DNA of 54,951 nucleotides, taken from positions 1 through 54,951 of the forward strand of contig JBDROA010000201.1 of NCBI GenBank assembly GCA_043810615.1. The letters run 5' to 3'. This stretch comes from Actinomycetota bacterium (GTDB lineage: Bacteria; Actinomycetota; Acidimicrobiia; Spongiisociales; UBA11373). This document shows, piece by piece, positions 32,129 to 43,871 of the stretch; positions within the stretch are counted from its first letter, which is position 1; each line of letters starts with the position of its first letter. The position numbers and the translations under genes were made by a program. A model generated the notes under the pieces. That model searched no databases, was not told where the DNA came from, and was given only the letters and a program-made list of their open reading frames with translations.

Positions 32129-34531
32129 GGCAGCGCCTCCACAGTGACCCGCAAGCCGCGGCCCACCGCCGCCCCCAGGTTGGCCGGCAGGTACACCGTA
32201 CCCGGGGCGAGGGAGGGGTCGAAGGCCGCCGGAAGTTCGGCCTCGCCGCCGCTCCCCACCAGGCGCACCCGGCTCCCCTCCACCACCCCCAGGCGGGCGG
32301 CGTCGGCGGGGTGCAGGCGCAGCACCGGGGCGGGGACGAGACGAGCCAGCGAGGGGCCCTGCTGCACCAGGGTGCCCCGGTCATAGAGCACCCGGGCCAG
32401 GTGGAGCACCAGGTCCCCGGCGTCCTCGTCGGGGGCCTCGAGAGGAAGGCCGTACGGGGCCGGGGTGGGCAGAAGCAGCCCTTCTCTCCCGGCCCCACAA
32501 TCGAGCGCCGCCCAGGTCACCCCGGAGTAGGCGGGGGCGACGGCGGCGATCTCGGCGGAGAGGGCCTCGGCCGACTCGGCGCCGATGGAGTGCCCCAGGT
32601 GGCCGGCCAACTCCTCGAGGATCTCATTGGCCGGGCGGGCCTGCCCGGGCCCGGGGACGAGGCGATTCACCTTCTGTACCCGGCCTTCGAGGTTGGTGAC
32701 CGTCCCCTCCACTTCGGCGAAGCCCAGGGAGGGGAAGACCACGTGGGCCCGGCGCGACGACTCGGTGAGGAACAAATCGACGGCCACCACCACTTCGGCC
32801 CTCTCCAGGGCGGCGGTGGCGCGGGCCGGGTCGGGGAAGTCGGAGGCCGGGTCGGAGCCGAGCAGGACCAGGGCCCGGATCCGCCCTTCCTCGAGGCCGG
32901 CGACGATGCCGGCAGCGGCGTCGCCCGCGCCGCCGGGCAGGCCGTCCCAGGCCCGCTCCAGGGCCTCCCGGGCGGCGGGGTCGGCCGCCGGCACCCGCCC
33001 GGGGAGCAGATCCGGGGCCACCCCCATGTCGAGAGCGCCGTAGAGGTTGGAGCGCCGTGCCACAGGCAGCACCTTGGCCCCCGGGAACCCCTCGGCGAAG
33101 GCGGCCACCGCCTCGGCCAGGCCCGGGTCCTCGGCGAGGCCGGTGCGCCCCACAACGGCCACCAGGGGCCCCTGCTCCAGGGCAGCCCGGGCGGCGGCGG
33201 CGTCGCCCTCCCCGTTGGACAGGCGGCGCAGCATCTCCGCCCCCTCCCCCGGCCGGTAGCGCAGGGTGTGGGCTGCCACCGGGTCGAGGCCGTTGCCCCG
33301 GGGGTGGACCACTACCAGGAGGGCGCCCAGTTGGGCGGCGGCGCGGCGCACCCGCAGATAGAGGACGGGCAGTTCCTCTTTGAGGTCGGGCCCCCACACC
33401 AGCACCGCCCCCGCCGTCTCCAGGTCGTCGAAGGAGGCCCGGTGAGGCAGGCCGGTCAGGAAACGGGCACCCAGAGCGTCACCGAGACGGGCGTCGAGGT
33501 GGTTGGTGCCCACCGTGGTCCGGAGGAACTTGCCGAAGGCGTAGGCCTCCTCGTTGGTGCTGCGCGCCCCGCCCAGGCCGGCGACGGCGTCGGCGCCGCT
33601 CCCGTCGATGACCCGGCGCAATTCGGCGGCGGCCCGTTCCAGGGCCTCGCCCCAGGTGGCCGGGTGCAACACCCCGTCCTTGCCCCGCACCAGGGGAGTG
33701 GTGAGGCGCTCGGAAGAGGCGATGTACTCCAAGCCGAAGCGGCCCTTGTCGCAGAGCCATCCCTGGTTGGTGAGGGCGTTGTCCACGCCCAGGAAGCGCA
33801 CCACCCGGTTGGTGGTGGCCTGGACGGCGATGCGGCAACCCACCGCGCAGTGGGGGCAGGTGCTCTCCACCGCCTCCAGGTCCCAGGGCCGGGCCCGAAA
33901 GCGGTAGGGGGTGGCGGTGAGCGCCCCCACCGGGCAGATCTGGACGGTGTTGCCCGAGAAGTAGGAGGAAAACGGCTCTCCGGGGAAGGTGAGCACCGCG
34001 GTGGTGTTGCCCCGGGAGACAAACTCGATCAGGGGGTCACCGGCGACCTCGTCGGCGAAGCGGGTGCAGCGGGCGCACAGGATGCAGCGCTCCCGGTCGA
34101 GCAGCACCAGATCGGAGATGGGGATCGGCTTGGGGAAGTGGCGCTTCTCCTCGACGTAGCGGCTTTCCCCCGGCCCGTAGGCCATGGTCTGGTCCTGCAG
34201 GGGGCACTCCCCGCCCCGGTCGCACACCGGGCAGTCGAGGGGGTGGTTGGCCAGCAGGAACTCCAGCACCCCTTCCTGGGCCTTCTTGACCACATCGGAG
34301 CCGGTGTGCACCACCATGCCCTCGGCCACCCGGGTGGTGCAGGAAGCGGTGAGGGCCCGACCCCGCGGCCCCTCGATTTCCACCAGGCACATGCGGCACA
34401 TCCCCACCGGCTCCAGGCGGTGGTGCCAGCAGAAGCGCGGGATGAAGACGCCGGCCCGCTGCGCCACCGCGATGAGCAGTTCCCCGGCGGTGGCCTCCAC
34501 CGCCTGCCCGTCCAGGGTGATCGTGATGGGC

Positions 34532-34539
<8 letters not shown>
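32125..34539 (-). CDS. nuoG: NADH-quinone oxidoreductase subunit G
   Basis: IPRFC, CRMCLVE, HPLDCPVCDRGGEC, CILCARC, N7-type CPHCAVGC...CDKGR. Confidence 0.95.
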
Positions 34540-35820
<1,281 letters not shown>

Positions 35821-35824
<4 letters not shown>

Positions 35825-36435
35825 GGCCCCTCCCCCGCCGTGCCGTAGGGCTCGAAAGCGGGCACGGGGGCCACCGCCCCGGCCGCCTCACCCGGGCCCC
35901 AGTCGAAGGCCCGCTGCCCCCCGTACTCCTCCTGCAGGGCGTCGGAGCGCACCACCGCCGGGCGCTGCTCGCGCAGTCGGCGGCACAGCCGGTGAGCCTG
36001 CTCCGGCGTGACCCCCTCGACGGTCTCGTAGTTCACCTGAAGGGCCGGGGCGCCCCCGCAGGCTCCCAGGCACTCCACGTGTTCCACCGAGAAGAGGCGC
36101 TCCCCGTCGGTCGCGCCGTCGGCCACCCCGGTCTCCGCCTCCACCGCGGCCAGCACCTCCTCGCCCCCCATGAGGTGGCAGGAGATCGAGGTGCACACCG
36201 AGACCAGGAAGCGGCCCGGGGCCTCCGGGTACATCGTGTAGAACGAGGCGATCCCCTGCACCTGGGCCGGGGTGGTGCCGGTCAGTTCGGCCACCCGGCG
36301 CAGGCCCTCGTCGGTGAGGCCGCCGTCGTGCCACATCGCCAGGTAGAGCAGGGGCCCCAGGGCGGAGCGGGGCTCGGGGTAGCGGGCCACCAGGGCCTGC
36401 GCCCGCGCCTCGAGTTCGGGGGCCCAGGCGCTCAT
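35821..36435 (-). CDS. nuoE: NADH-quinone oxidoreductase subunit E
   Basis: ASFYTM, CTSISC, ECLGACGGAP [2Fe-2S] ligands. Confidence 0.94.
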
Positions 36436-37862
36436 CGATCCACGTCTCCCAGCACCGGGTCGGCCGAAGCCACGGTGGCCACCGTGTCGGCGATGAGCGA
36501 GTCGGCCAGCATCACCGGCAGCGCCTGGGTGTTGGCGAAGGAGGGGCCCCGCACGTGGAGGCGCCACGGCCTGGCGCCACCCCGCGACACCAGGTACATG
36601 CCCAATTCGCCCCGCGGCGACTCCACCGCCTGGTACACCTCGCCGGGGGGCACTTTGAAGCCCTCGGTGAAGAGCTTGAAGTGGTGGATCAGGGCCTCCA
36701 TGGACTGGTCGAGGCGGGCCCGGGGTGGCGGGGTCACCTTCAGGTCGTCGCTGCGGTAGTCGCCGGAGGGCATGGCGGCGGTCACCTGCTCCACCAGGTG
36801 CAGGGACTGCTTCATCTCCTCGATGCGCACCCGGTAGCGGTCGTAGACGTCGCCGCCGCTGCCGATGGGGACATCGAAGTGGTACTGCTCGATGCCCGAG
36901 TAGGGGAACGCTCGCCGCAGGTCCCAGGCCACCCCGGTGGCCCGCAGGATGGGCCCGGTGACCCCGTAGGCCCGGCACTCTTCGGAGGTGATGACCCCCA
37001 CCCCCACAGTGCGCCCTTTGAAGATGGGGTTGGCGTCGAGGAGAGCCTGATAGTCGGCGATGCCCGGCGGCACCTGGGCCAGGATGCCGGCGATGTCGTC
37101 CTCCCAGCCGTCGGGCAGGTCGGCGGCCACGCCTCCGGGGCGGATGTAGTCGTGGTTCATCCGCAGGCCGGTCACCTTCTCGAAGAAAGCCAGGAACAGC
37201 TCGCGTTCCCGCCAGCCGTAGAGCATCATCGACAGCGCCCCCACGTCGAGGCCCTGGGTGGCGAGCCACACCAGGTGGCTGGCCACCCGGTTCAGTTCGG
37301 TCATCAGGATGCGGATGGCCTGCGCCCGGGGCGGCACCTCGATGCCCGCCAACCGCTCGACCGCCAGGGAGAAGCACAACTCGTTGAAGAACGGGGACAG
37401 GTAGTCCATGCGGGTGACGTTGGTGGGCCCCTGCACGTAGGTGAGGGCCTCCGCCGTCTTCTCCATGCCGGTGTGCAGGTAGCCGATGATCGGCTTGGCC
37501 CGCCGGATGGTCTCCCCCTGCAACTCCAGGTGCAGACGCAGCACCCCGTGGGTGGCGGGATGCTGCGGTCCCATGTTGATGATCTGCGTGTCGCCCGAAC
37601 CGGGCGTCGCGCTCCCCGTGTAGTCGTCGTCCACCAGCGCGCCCATCTGCTCGGCGAGGATTGCGGGGGCCTCGTCGGCCAACATCTCCTGGGCGCCCTC
37701 GTCGGTGAACCGGCCCAGGTCCACCGGGGCCTCGGTGCCCGACATCCACAGGTCGTGGGTGCGGCGCCGGGAGTCATCGGCCCGGGTCGCCTCCGGGAGC
37801 GGGCGCATCCCGACGGCGGGGGCCTCGGTGTCGCCGTTGACGATGTCGGGAGACTGGCTCAC
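36432..37862 (-). CDS. nuoD: NADH-quinone oxidoreductase subunit D (operon 2)
   Basis: NMGPQHPATHGVLRL, GYLHTGMEK, RMDYL, GDVDR; start uncertain (long N-terminal extension). Confidence 0.95.
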   Translation of the reverse strand: MSQSPDIVNGDTEAPAVGMRPLPEATRADDSRRRTHDLWMSGTEAPVDLGRFTDEGAQEMLADEAPAILAEQMGALVDDDYTGSATPGSGDTQIINMGPQHPATHGVLRLHLELQGETIRRAKPIIGYLHTGMEKTAEALTYVQGPTNVTRMDYLSPFFNELCFSLAVERLAGIEVPPRAQAIRILMTELNRVASHLVWLATQGLDVGALSMMLYGWRERELFLAFFEKVTGLRMNHDYIRPGGVAADLPDGWEDDIAGILAQVPPGIADYQALLDANPIFKGRTVGVGVITSEECRAYGVTGPILRATGVAWDLRRAFPYSGIEQYHFDVPIGSGGDVYDRYRVRIEEMKQSLHLVEQVTAAMPSGDYRSDDLKVTPPPRARLDQSMEALIHHFKLFTEGFKVPPGEVYQAVESPRGELGMYLVSRGGARPWRLHVRGPSFANTQALPVMLADSLIADTVATVASADPVLGDVDR

Positions 37863-38365
37863 GGTGCGTCCTCGACCGCTTTGAACTGCACCGGCACCGA
37901 GCCCACCGGGTGGTCCTTGCGCAGGGGATGGCCCTCCCACTCGTCGGGGAGGAGAAGGCGGGTGAGGTCGGGATGGTCGTCGAAGCGGATCCCGAAGAGG
38001 TCGTAGGCCTCCCGCTCGTAGAAGTTGGCCCCGGCGAAGACCCCGGTGATTGAGGGCACCCGGGGGTCGTCCCCCGGCACCGCGATCAGGATCCGCAAGC
38101 GGAGACGGGCCTCCATGGAGAGCAAGTGCACCACTACCTCGAAACGCCCTTCGGCCCGCGACAGGTAGTCGACGGCGCACAGGTCGAGGAACGTGTCCAG
38201 GCCCGCCTCTCGTGCCGCCCGGGCCAAGGCCACCAGGTCCTCGCGCCCTACCCGCGCTACGGGGTCGCCCCGGGAGGTGAAGAACGAGGCGCCGGGGAAC
38301 CGCTCGGCGAGGCCGGCAAGCACAGTGTCTCGGCGTGTCCCGGGGGCGGCGGCGGCGGCGCTCAT
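37859..38365 (-). CDS. nuoC: NADH-quinone oxidoreductase subunit C (operon 2)
   Basis: [30 protein letters not shown]. Confidence 0.95.
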   Translation of the reverse strand: MSAAAAAPGTRRDTVLAGLAERFPGASFFTSRGDPVARVGREDLVALARAAREAGLDTFLDLCAVDYLSRAEGRFEVVVHLLSMEARLRLRILIAVPGDDPRVPSITGVFAGANFYEREAYDLFGIRFDDHPDLTRLLLPDEWEGHPLRKDHPVGSVPVQFKAVEDAP

Positions 38366-38832
38366 CGGGCGATCTCCCCGGTGCGGATCTTCTCGTGGAG
38401 GGTGAGGATGCCGTGTATCAGCGACTGGGGCCCCGGGGGGCACCCGGGTACGTAGACGTCCACCGGCACCACCTGGTCCACCCCCTGGACCAGGGCGTAG
38501 TTGTTGAACATGCCCCCGGTGGAAGCGCAGGCCCCCATCGAGATGACCCACTTGGGCTCGGGCATCTGGTCGTAGACCTGGCGAAGGACGGGGGCCATCT
38601 TCTGGGAGACCCGCCCGGCCACGATCATCAGGTCGGCCTGGCGGGGCGAGGCCCGGAACACCTCCATGCCGAAGCGGGCCAGGTCGTTGTGCGCCGCCCC
38701 GGCGGCCATCATCTCGATGGCGCAGCAGGCCAGGCCGAAGGTGGCAGGCCACATGGAGCGGGTGCGGGCCCAGTTCGCCGCCTTCTGCAGCGTGGTGGTG
38801 AGGAAGCCTGGGAGCGAGGCCGTTCCGGGCAT
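38362..38832 (-). CDS. nuoB: NADH-quinone oxidoreductase subunit B (operon 2)
   Basis: [24 protein letters not shown]. Confidence 0.96.
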   Translation of the reverse strand: MPGTASLPGFLTTTLQKAANWARTRSMWPATFGLACCAIEMMAAGAAHNDLARFGMEVFRASPRQADLMIVAGRVSQKMAPVLRQVYDQMPEPKWVISMGACASTGGMFNNYALVQGVDQVVPVDVYVPGCPPGPQSLIHGILTLHEKIRTGEIAR

Positions 38833-39266
38833 CAGGCGGCCGTCCGTTCGGTCTCCGCCGGGGCCGTCGCGGCGTGCTGGTAGCGCCGGCGCCGCGGCAG
38901 GTTCCAGTCGAGGGCACCGCGCCGCCACACGTAGACCAGGGTCTCGACGAGCAACAGGGTGAACAGGCCCACCGCCCCCATGCCGTACCAGCCGAGGTCG
39001 TCGAACGAGGCCGCCCAGGCAAACAGGAAGACGATCTCGATGTCGAAGACCACGTACAGCATCGCCACCAGGTAGAACTTCACCGGGAAGCGCTGCGCCG
39101 GTTCCTGCAGGGGGACGATGCCGCACTCGTAAGGCTCCACCTTCTCGGGGGTGGGCCGACGCGGCGCCAGGACGCGGGCCAAGGCCAGGGAGACCACGGA
39201 GAACCCGACCACCAGCAAGAACATCAGAGCGATGGGCAGATAGGCGCTCAGGTCTGTTTGCTGCAC
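38832..39266 (-). CDS. nuoA: NADH-quinone oxidoreductase subunit A (operon 2)
   Basis: [20 protein letters not shown]. Confidence 0.95.
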   Translation of the reverse strand: MQQTDLSAYLPIALMFLLVVGFSVVSLALARVLAPRRPTPEKVEPYECGIVPLQEPAQRFPVKFYLVAMLYVVFDIEIVFLFAWAASFDDLGWYGMGAVGLFTLLLVETLVYVWRRGALDWNLPRRRRYQHAATAPAETERTAA

Positions 39267-39330
39267 CCTTCCCCCGGCCGGTCGGGAACGGGCAGAGGAT
39301 AGACGAGCCGCGGTCCCCGGTGCCCCGGGG

Positions 39331-40605
39331 TTAACGGCCCGGCGCCACCCGCACCAGGCGCTCGAGCGCGCGATAGGCGGCGGCGCCGGCGCCCCACTCG
39401 GCCGGGTCGAGGAGATTCGACATCACCCGCAGGGTCCACTCCATCAGCGGGCGGGCGCGGAAGCCGACCCGGGTGAGGGATCGCATCACCCCGGGGCGGC
39501 CGAGGGCCTGCATGAACACCCGGCCCATCCGGAAATAGAGGCCGAAGTGGTCGGCCAGGTCCTGCCGATAGGCTTGCAGCAGGCCGAGATCGTCGGCGGC
39601 GAGGGCCCGGTGCGCCCGTTCCGCGGCCAGGTGCCCGGTCTGGAGGGCGTAGGCAATGCCCTCCCCGTTGAAGGGGTTGATCGCCCCGGCGGCGTCGCCC
39701 ACGAGCACCCAGTTGGGCCCCACCACCGGCCCCACCGACAGGCCCATGGGCAGCATGCCCCCCGTCGCCGGGCCCTGCGCCGTCTGCGCCGACAACCCCC
39801 ACGACGAAGGGGCCGTGGCCGCGAGGGCCTCCATGAGATCGCGGGTGTTCACCGCATGCCAGCGATGGAAGGTGGAGACAACCCCGACCCCGGCGTTGAC
39901 CGTGCCGTCGCCCAGGGGGAAGACCCACCCGTAGCCGGGCACCACCTTGCCGGCGACGTCGTGCAGGTCGAGGTAGCTGTCCAGGAACGGGTCGGCGGAG
40001 CGAGGGCTGGCGAAGTAGGCCCGGGCCCCGAGACCGAAGGGGAGGTCGCCATCGCGCCGCGCCCCCAGGGCTCGCCCGAAGCGGCTGAGGGCGCCATCGG
40101 CGACCACCACCACCCGGGGGCGCACGACCTCGACCTCGCCGCCGCGCTGCAGGGCCACCCCGGCGATGCGGCCCTCGTCCAGCAGCGGGCGGGCCTCGGT
40201 CCCGGTAGCCAGGATGGCCCCCTGCCCTGCCGCCAGGGCGGCCACCCGCCCGTCGAGGTCGGCGCGCCGCAGGACCGCCCCCCAGTTGGGGTACACGGGG
40301 TGCTCCGGCCAGTCCAGTTCCAGGGTGATCCCGCCGGCGTGGGAGCGCAAGCCCCGGCAGAGGTGCAGGCCGGGAACGGCGAAGTCGAAGCCCATGGTCC
40401 CCAGTTCGTGGACGGCGCGGGGGGTGAGGCCGTCACCGCAGGTCTTGGGCCGCGGGTACTCGCCCTTCTCCACCAGCAGGGCCCTGTGCCCCCGGCGCGC
40501 CAGCCAGTAGGCGGCGGCGGCGCCGCCCGGGCCGCCGCCCACCACGAGCACATCGGGATCGGGGGTCATCGGCCGGAGGCCAGGCGGAAGGGCGTAGGAG
40601 GTCAC
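39331..40605 (-). CDS. Geranylgeranyl reductase family FAD protein (MenJ-like menaquinone side-chain reductase)
   Basis: VVGGGPGG, PRPKTCGDGLTPRA, GYGWVFP, GDAAG..NPFNGEGI; alternative ATG at about 40569. Confidence 0.9.
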   Translation of the reverse strand: MTSYALPPGLRPMTPDPDVLVVGGGPGGAAAAYWLARRGHRALLVEKGEYPRPKTCGDGLTPRAVHELGTMGFDFAVPGLHLCRGLRSHAGGITLELDWPEHPVYPNWGAVLRRADLDGRVAALAAGQGAILATGTEARPLLDEGRIAGVALQRGGEVEVVRPRVVVVADGALSRFGRALGARRDGDLPFGLGARAYFASPRSADPFLDSYLDLHDVAGKVVPGYGWVFPLGDGTVNAGVGVVSTFHRWHAVNTRDLMEALAATAPSSWGLSAQTAQGPATGGMLPMGLSVGPVVGPNWVLVGDAAGAINPFNGEGIAYALQTGHLAAERAHRALAADDLGLLQAYRQDLADHFGLYFRMGRVFMQALGRPGVMRSLTRVGFRARPLMEWTLRVMSNLLDPAEWGAGAAAYRALERLVRVAPGR

Positions 40606-40614
40606 CGGCCCGGC

Positions 40615-41247
40615 TCAGCCGCCCGCCGCACCCTGGTGCAGGTGGAAGGCCAGCACCTGCAGTTCGGTGGAGAAGTCCACGCGGCGCACCTTCACGTGGT
40701 CGGGAACCCGCACCACGGTGGGGGAGAAGTTGAGGATGGAGGCCACGCCGGCGCCGGCCAGCGTCTCGGCCACCGGTTGCGCCCCGTCGGGCGTGGTGCT
40801 GATAACCCCGATACGCGCCCCCCGCTCCCCCACGGCGCCGGCGAGCGCCTCCAGGGGCTCCACCCGGTGGCTCCCCACCCACGTCCCCACCTTGAGCGGG
40901 TCGTCGTCGAAGACCCCCACCACCCGGAACCCCTGCTCCTGAAACCCGTCGTAGTTGGCCAGCGCCCGGCCCAGGTTGCCCGCCCCGACGATGACCAGGG
41001 GCCATTCGTGGGTGAGGCCGAGTTCGCGGCGGATCTGGAAGCGGAGGTGCTCGGTGTCGTAGCCCACCCCCCGCACTCCGTAGGAGCCCAGGTAGGAGAG
41101 GTCCTTGCGCACCTTGGCCGAGTTGACCCCGGCCCGGGCGGCCAGATCCTCCGAGGAGATGCGGCTCACCCCAGCGGGGAGATCCTCCAGGCACTGGAGG
41201 TAGACGGTGAGCCGGGGGACGGCGACTCCGGGAACGGCGTGCTTCAC
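40615..41247 (-). CDS. rex: Redox-sensing transcriptional repressor Rex
   Basis: RL..Y, ISSEDLA, KVRKDLSYLGSYGVRGVGY, GAGNLG, ILNFSP; GTG start 8 nt after TATATT. Confidence 0.96.
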   Translation of the reverse strand: MKHAVPGVAVPRLTVYLQCLEDLPAGVSRISSEDLAARAGVNSAKVRKDLSYLGSYGVRGVGYDTEHLRFQIRRELGLTHEWPLVIVGAGNLGRALANYDGFQEQGFRVVGVFDDDPLKVGTWVGSHRVEPLEALAGAVGERGARIGVISTTPDGAQPVAETLAGAGVASILNFSPTVVRVPDHVKVRRVDFSTELQVLAFHLHQGAAGG

Positions 41248-41427
41248 AAGCGCACAATATAGAGGCTCCATCCAGCGCCCTCTCCCCGCGCCCAGCGCCG
41301 GGGGAGGCTCGAGGCCCGCCGGGGCCGAGCGGAGTGGGCAGACCGCGGCACAGGCGAGTCGCTCCTCTGCCCTCTTTCCAGCCTTCTCCTCCAGAGCCGG
41401 GAGGGGGAAGCCCTCTCGACCCCGCCC

Positions 41428-41957
41428 CTACTCCCCGACGGCCCCGTCGGGGCACTCCCGCAGCAGGTCGGCGTGGCCGCTGCGCCGGGCGTACTCCTGG
41501 ATCATCTTCACCATCGTCCAGTGCAGCATCAACGCAGCATCAACGCAGCATCGGCGGCGGCGTGGTCGTCCAGGGACGGCGCCGCCGCGGCCATTGCCCG
41601 CGATCGGGCGCACCCGGCCCGCCAGGCCTCAAGGTCGGCCGCCGCGCCGGCGGGATCGGCGCCGGCGAAGTCATGCCAGGCGTGCGGATCCGAAGGATCC
41701 CCGCACAACCAGGGGGTGTCCTCTCCGGCGAAGGAACATCGGCGGTAAGCGCGCTCCAGTTCCTCCAGGTGGCGCACCAGGCCCAGCAGGGAGAGGCCGG
41801 AGGGAGGCACAGCGCGTCGGGCCAACTGCTCCGGGGCGAGGTCCCGGCCCTTCATCGCCAGGGTGGCCCGGTGAAACTCCAGCCACACCTCCAGCGAGGT
41901 GCACTCGTCCGCGCCGCTGGGTGGTTCCCTCCGTTCGAGACCCGGGCCGCCGCTTAC
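41428..41957 (-). pseudogene. DinB/DUF664-family protein, frameshifted
   Basis: WLEFHRATL, PPSGLSLLGLVRHL in one frame; MIQEYARRSGHADLLRE..DG..GE in another; junction at an 11-bp tandem repeat; expected start reads GTA. Confidence 0.85.
41523..41552. repeat. 11-bp tandem repeat (GCAGCATCAAC x2 + GCAGCATC)
   Basis: Read directly from the sequence. Confidence 0.95.
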
Positions 41958-42754
41958 CGCACCGCCCCGAACGACACCGCCGCGCCCTCTACCAGGCCCA
42001 GGCTCTCGTCGGCGCGCCCGCCGGGGACGGCCACCGCCACCATCCCGTAGGAGTCCACATGCACCACCCCGCCCGGACCTTCCCCGTAGCTGGCGGCCCA
42101 CACCATCTCGTGGCGGGCGCCGGCCGCCTCCACCAGCATCGGGCCGCCCGGTACCAGGCCGACCGCCAGCAGGTCATCGGGGGCCACGTTGGTCTGGGCG
42201 TTGCCGAACCCGTCCACCCACCACACCTGCCCCCGCACCGTTCCCTCTCCCACCTCGGACAGGGGGAGCAGCAGAGGGGTGAGCGAGGCCGGCGGCACCT
42301 CCGGGCCCAGGTCGGTGTGACCGGCCTGGCCCGAGGCGAGCACCGCCGCCGCCGGGGCGAACACATCGCGCCCATCGAAGGTGACGCCGTCCGCGGGCAG
42401 GCGGAAGCGGGGGTCCTCCAGAGACACCGCCCGCTCCGCCCCGCCGGTCATGGCCACCGCCGGAGCGAGCAAGCCGTTGTCCGGGCCGACGAAGAACCCC
42501 CAGGGCGTGGCCACCGCCACCCCGCGCCGAGCGGTCCCCACCCCCGGGTCCACCACGGCCAAGGCCACGCCGGGCGGCAGGTACTGCACGGCGCGCACCA
42601 GGGCCAGGGCCCCGCCGCGCACATCGCCCCGCCTCACGCCGTGGGTGACGTCCACGACCCGCACCTGTGGGGCGATGCGCAGGATCACCCCGTGCACCAC
42701 GCCGACGAACTCATCGCCGAGGCCGTAGTCGGACAAGAAGGAGATGGGAGACAT
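41954..42754 (-). CDS. SAM hydrolase / SAM-dependent halogenase family (DUF62)
   Basis: ISFLSDYG..D.FVG, DVTH, VVDPGVGT.RR, GPDNG, TFDGRDVFAP, DGFGN; alternative ATG at 42763. Confidence 0.92.
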   Translation of the reverse strand: MSPISFLSDYGLGDEFVGVVHGVILRIAPQVRVVDVTHGVRRGDVRGGALALVRAVQYLPPGVALAVVDPGVGTARRGVAVATPWGFFVGPDNGLLAPAVAMTGGAERAVSLEDPRFRLPADGVTFDGRDVFAPAAAVLASGQAGHTDLGPEVPPASLTPLLLPLSEVGEGTVRGQVWWVDGFGNAQTNVAPDDLLAVGLVPGGPMLVEAAGARHEMVWAASYGEGPGGVVHVDSYGMVAVAVPGGRADESLGLVEGAAVSFGAVR

Positions 42755-42947
42755 GGGGGACATGGGGGAGAGCACGGGTTGCGGGTCCACGGGCGCCGAG
42801 GATAGAGGGAGCGCTCCCGAAAGCCCCGGCCGGAACCCGCGCCGACCCCGACCGCCGGCCGGCGGCTCCGGGCAGTGTCCCACCGGGCCGCGCTCACAGC
42901 TTCCGCCTCCCCCATACAATCGCCCTCCCGCGACGCGGAGGGCCCCC

Positions 42948-43838
42948 TTGCACGGAGACCAAGTCCACACGCCACTCATGGACGACCTGGTGCGCCGTCG
43001 CGGCGTGGTGCTGCTCGTCGGGGCCCCCGACACCGGCAAATCGACTTTCGCCCGACGCCTGCTCGGTGTCGCCGCCGCCGCCGGGGTGAGCACCGCCTAC
43101 GTGGACGCCGACGTCGACCAGACCACTACGGGGCCGCCGGCCTGCGTCGGGCTCCACTGGGTGCGCCGGCCCGGCGACCTCGCCGACCTGGCCCGGGCCG
43201 ACGCCCTCGAATACGTCGGGTCCATCAAACCCGAAGGGGTGGTGCTGCAGCACGTGGTCGCCACCGCCAAGCTGGTGGAACTGGCCCGCTCTCAGGCCGA
43301 ACTGGTGGTGATCGACACCACCGGGGCCATCTCGGGCGTGGTGGGCCAGACCCTCAAATACCACAAGATGGAGTTGTGCCGCCCCGACGTTGTGGTGGGC
43401 CTGCATCGGGGCGGTGAACTGGAGCCCCTGGTCGGCATACTGCGCCGGTTCTTCAACGCCACCGTCGAGCTTTCCGGTGCCGATCCCGAAGTGCGCCCCG
43501 CCTCCCCCGAGGACCGCCGCGCCCGGCGCGCCGCCGCCTTCACCACCGCCTTCGCCTCCCCTCTCGAGCGCTGGCGGGTGCGCCCCACGGTGTTTGCCCC
43601 CACGCTCCCCGCCGGCCTCGACCTGGCCCGCCTCGATCGGGTGCTCGTCGGCCTCACGGACGGCGCCGGCCGCTGCCGGGGCCTCGGAGTGCTGGAGCAC
43701 GAGCAGGGCATCCTGCGGGTGCTCACCAACAGCGGCGAGGAAATGCGCGGCCTGCGTCTGGGGTCGCTCACCATCGACCTCACCACCTGGGACGTACACC
43801 GGGTGCGCCTCAACGAAGTGATGTTCGGGCTGGACTGA
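42948..43838 (+). CDS. Clp1/Nol9-like polynucleotide 5'-hydroxyl kinase family P-loop protein
   Basis: GAPDTGKST Walker A, VDADVDQTTTGPP (cf. DxDxGQ...GPP), IDTTG, LKYHK; TTG start after GGAGG (alternative ATG 42978); TACAAT upstream. Confidence 0.8.
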   Translation: MHGDQVHTPLMDDLVRRRGVVLLVGAPDTGKSTFARRLLGVAAAAGVSTAYVDADVDQTTTGPPACVGLHWVRRPGDLADLARADALEYVGSIKPEGVVLQHVVATAKLVELARSQAELVVIDTTGAISGVVGQTLKYHKMELCRPDVVVGLHRGGELEPLVGILRRFFNATVELSGADPEVRPASPEDRRARRAAAFTTAFASPLERWRVRPTVFAPTLPAGLDLARLDRVLVGLTDGAGRCRGLGVLEHEQGILRVLTNSGEEMRGLRLGSLTIDLTTWDVHRVRLNEVMFGLD

Positions 43839-43871
43839 GGGCGGCGGCCGCCGACCCGGCGATCGGGGCGC

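Noticed and set aside
41230-41260. Canonical Rex operator
   Set aside because: Only half-sites (TTCACAA, GCACAA) in direct orientation; no TTGTGAA-N4-TTCACAA palindrome here or upstream of either nuoA.
41954-42754. Fluorinase/chlorinase as part of a halometabolite pathway
   Set aside because: No biosynthetic context; the widespread DUF62 SAM hydrolase is the more economical call.
42743-42769. 9-bp tandem repeat at the DUF62 start (MSPMSPIS)
   Set aside because: In frame and short; it only makes the start codon ambiguous.
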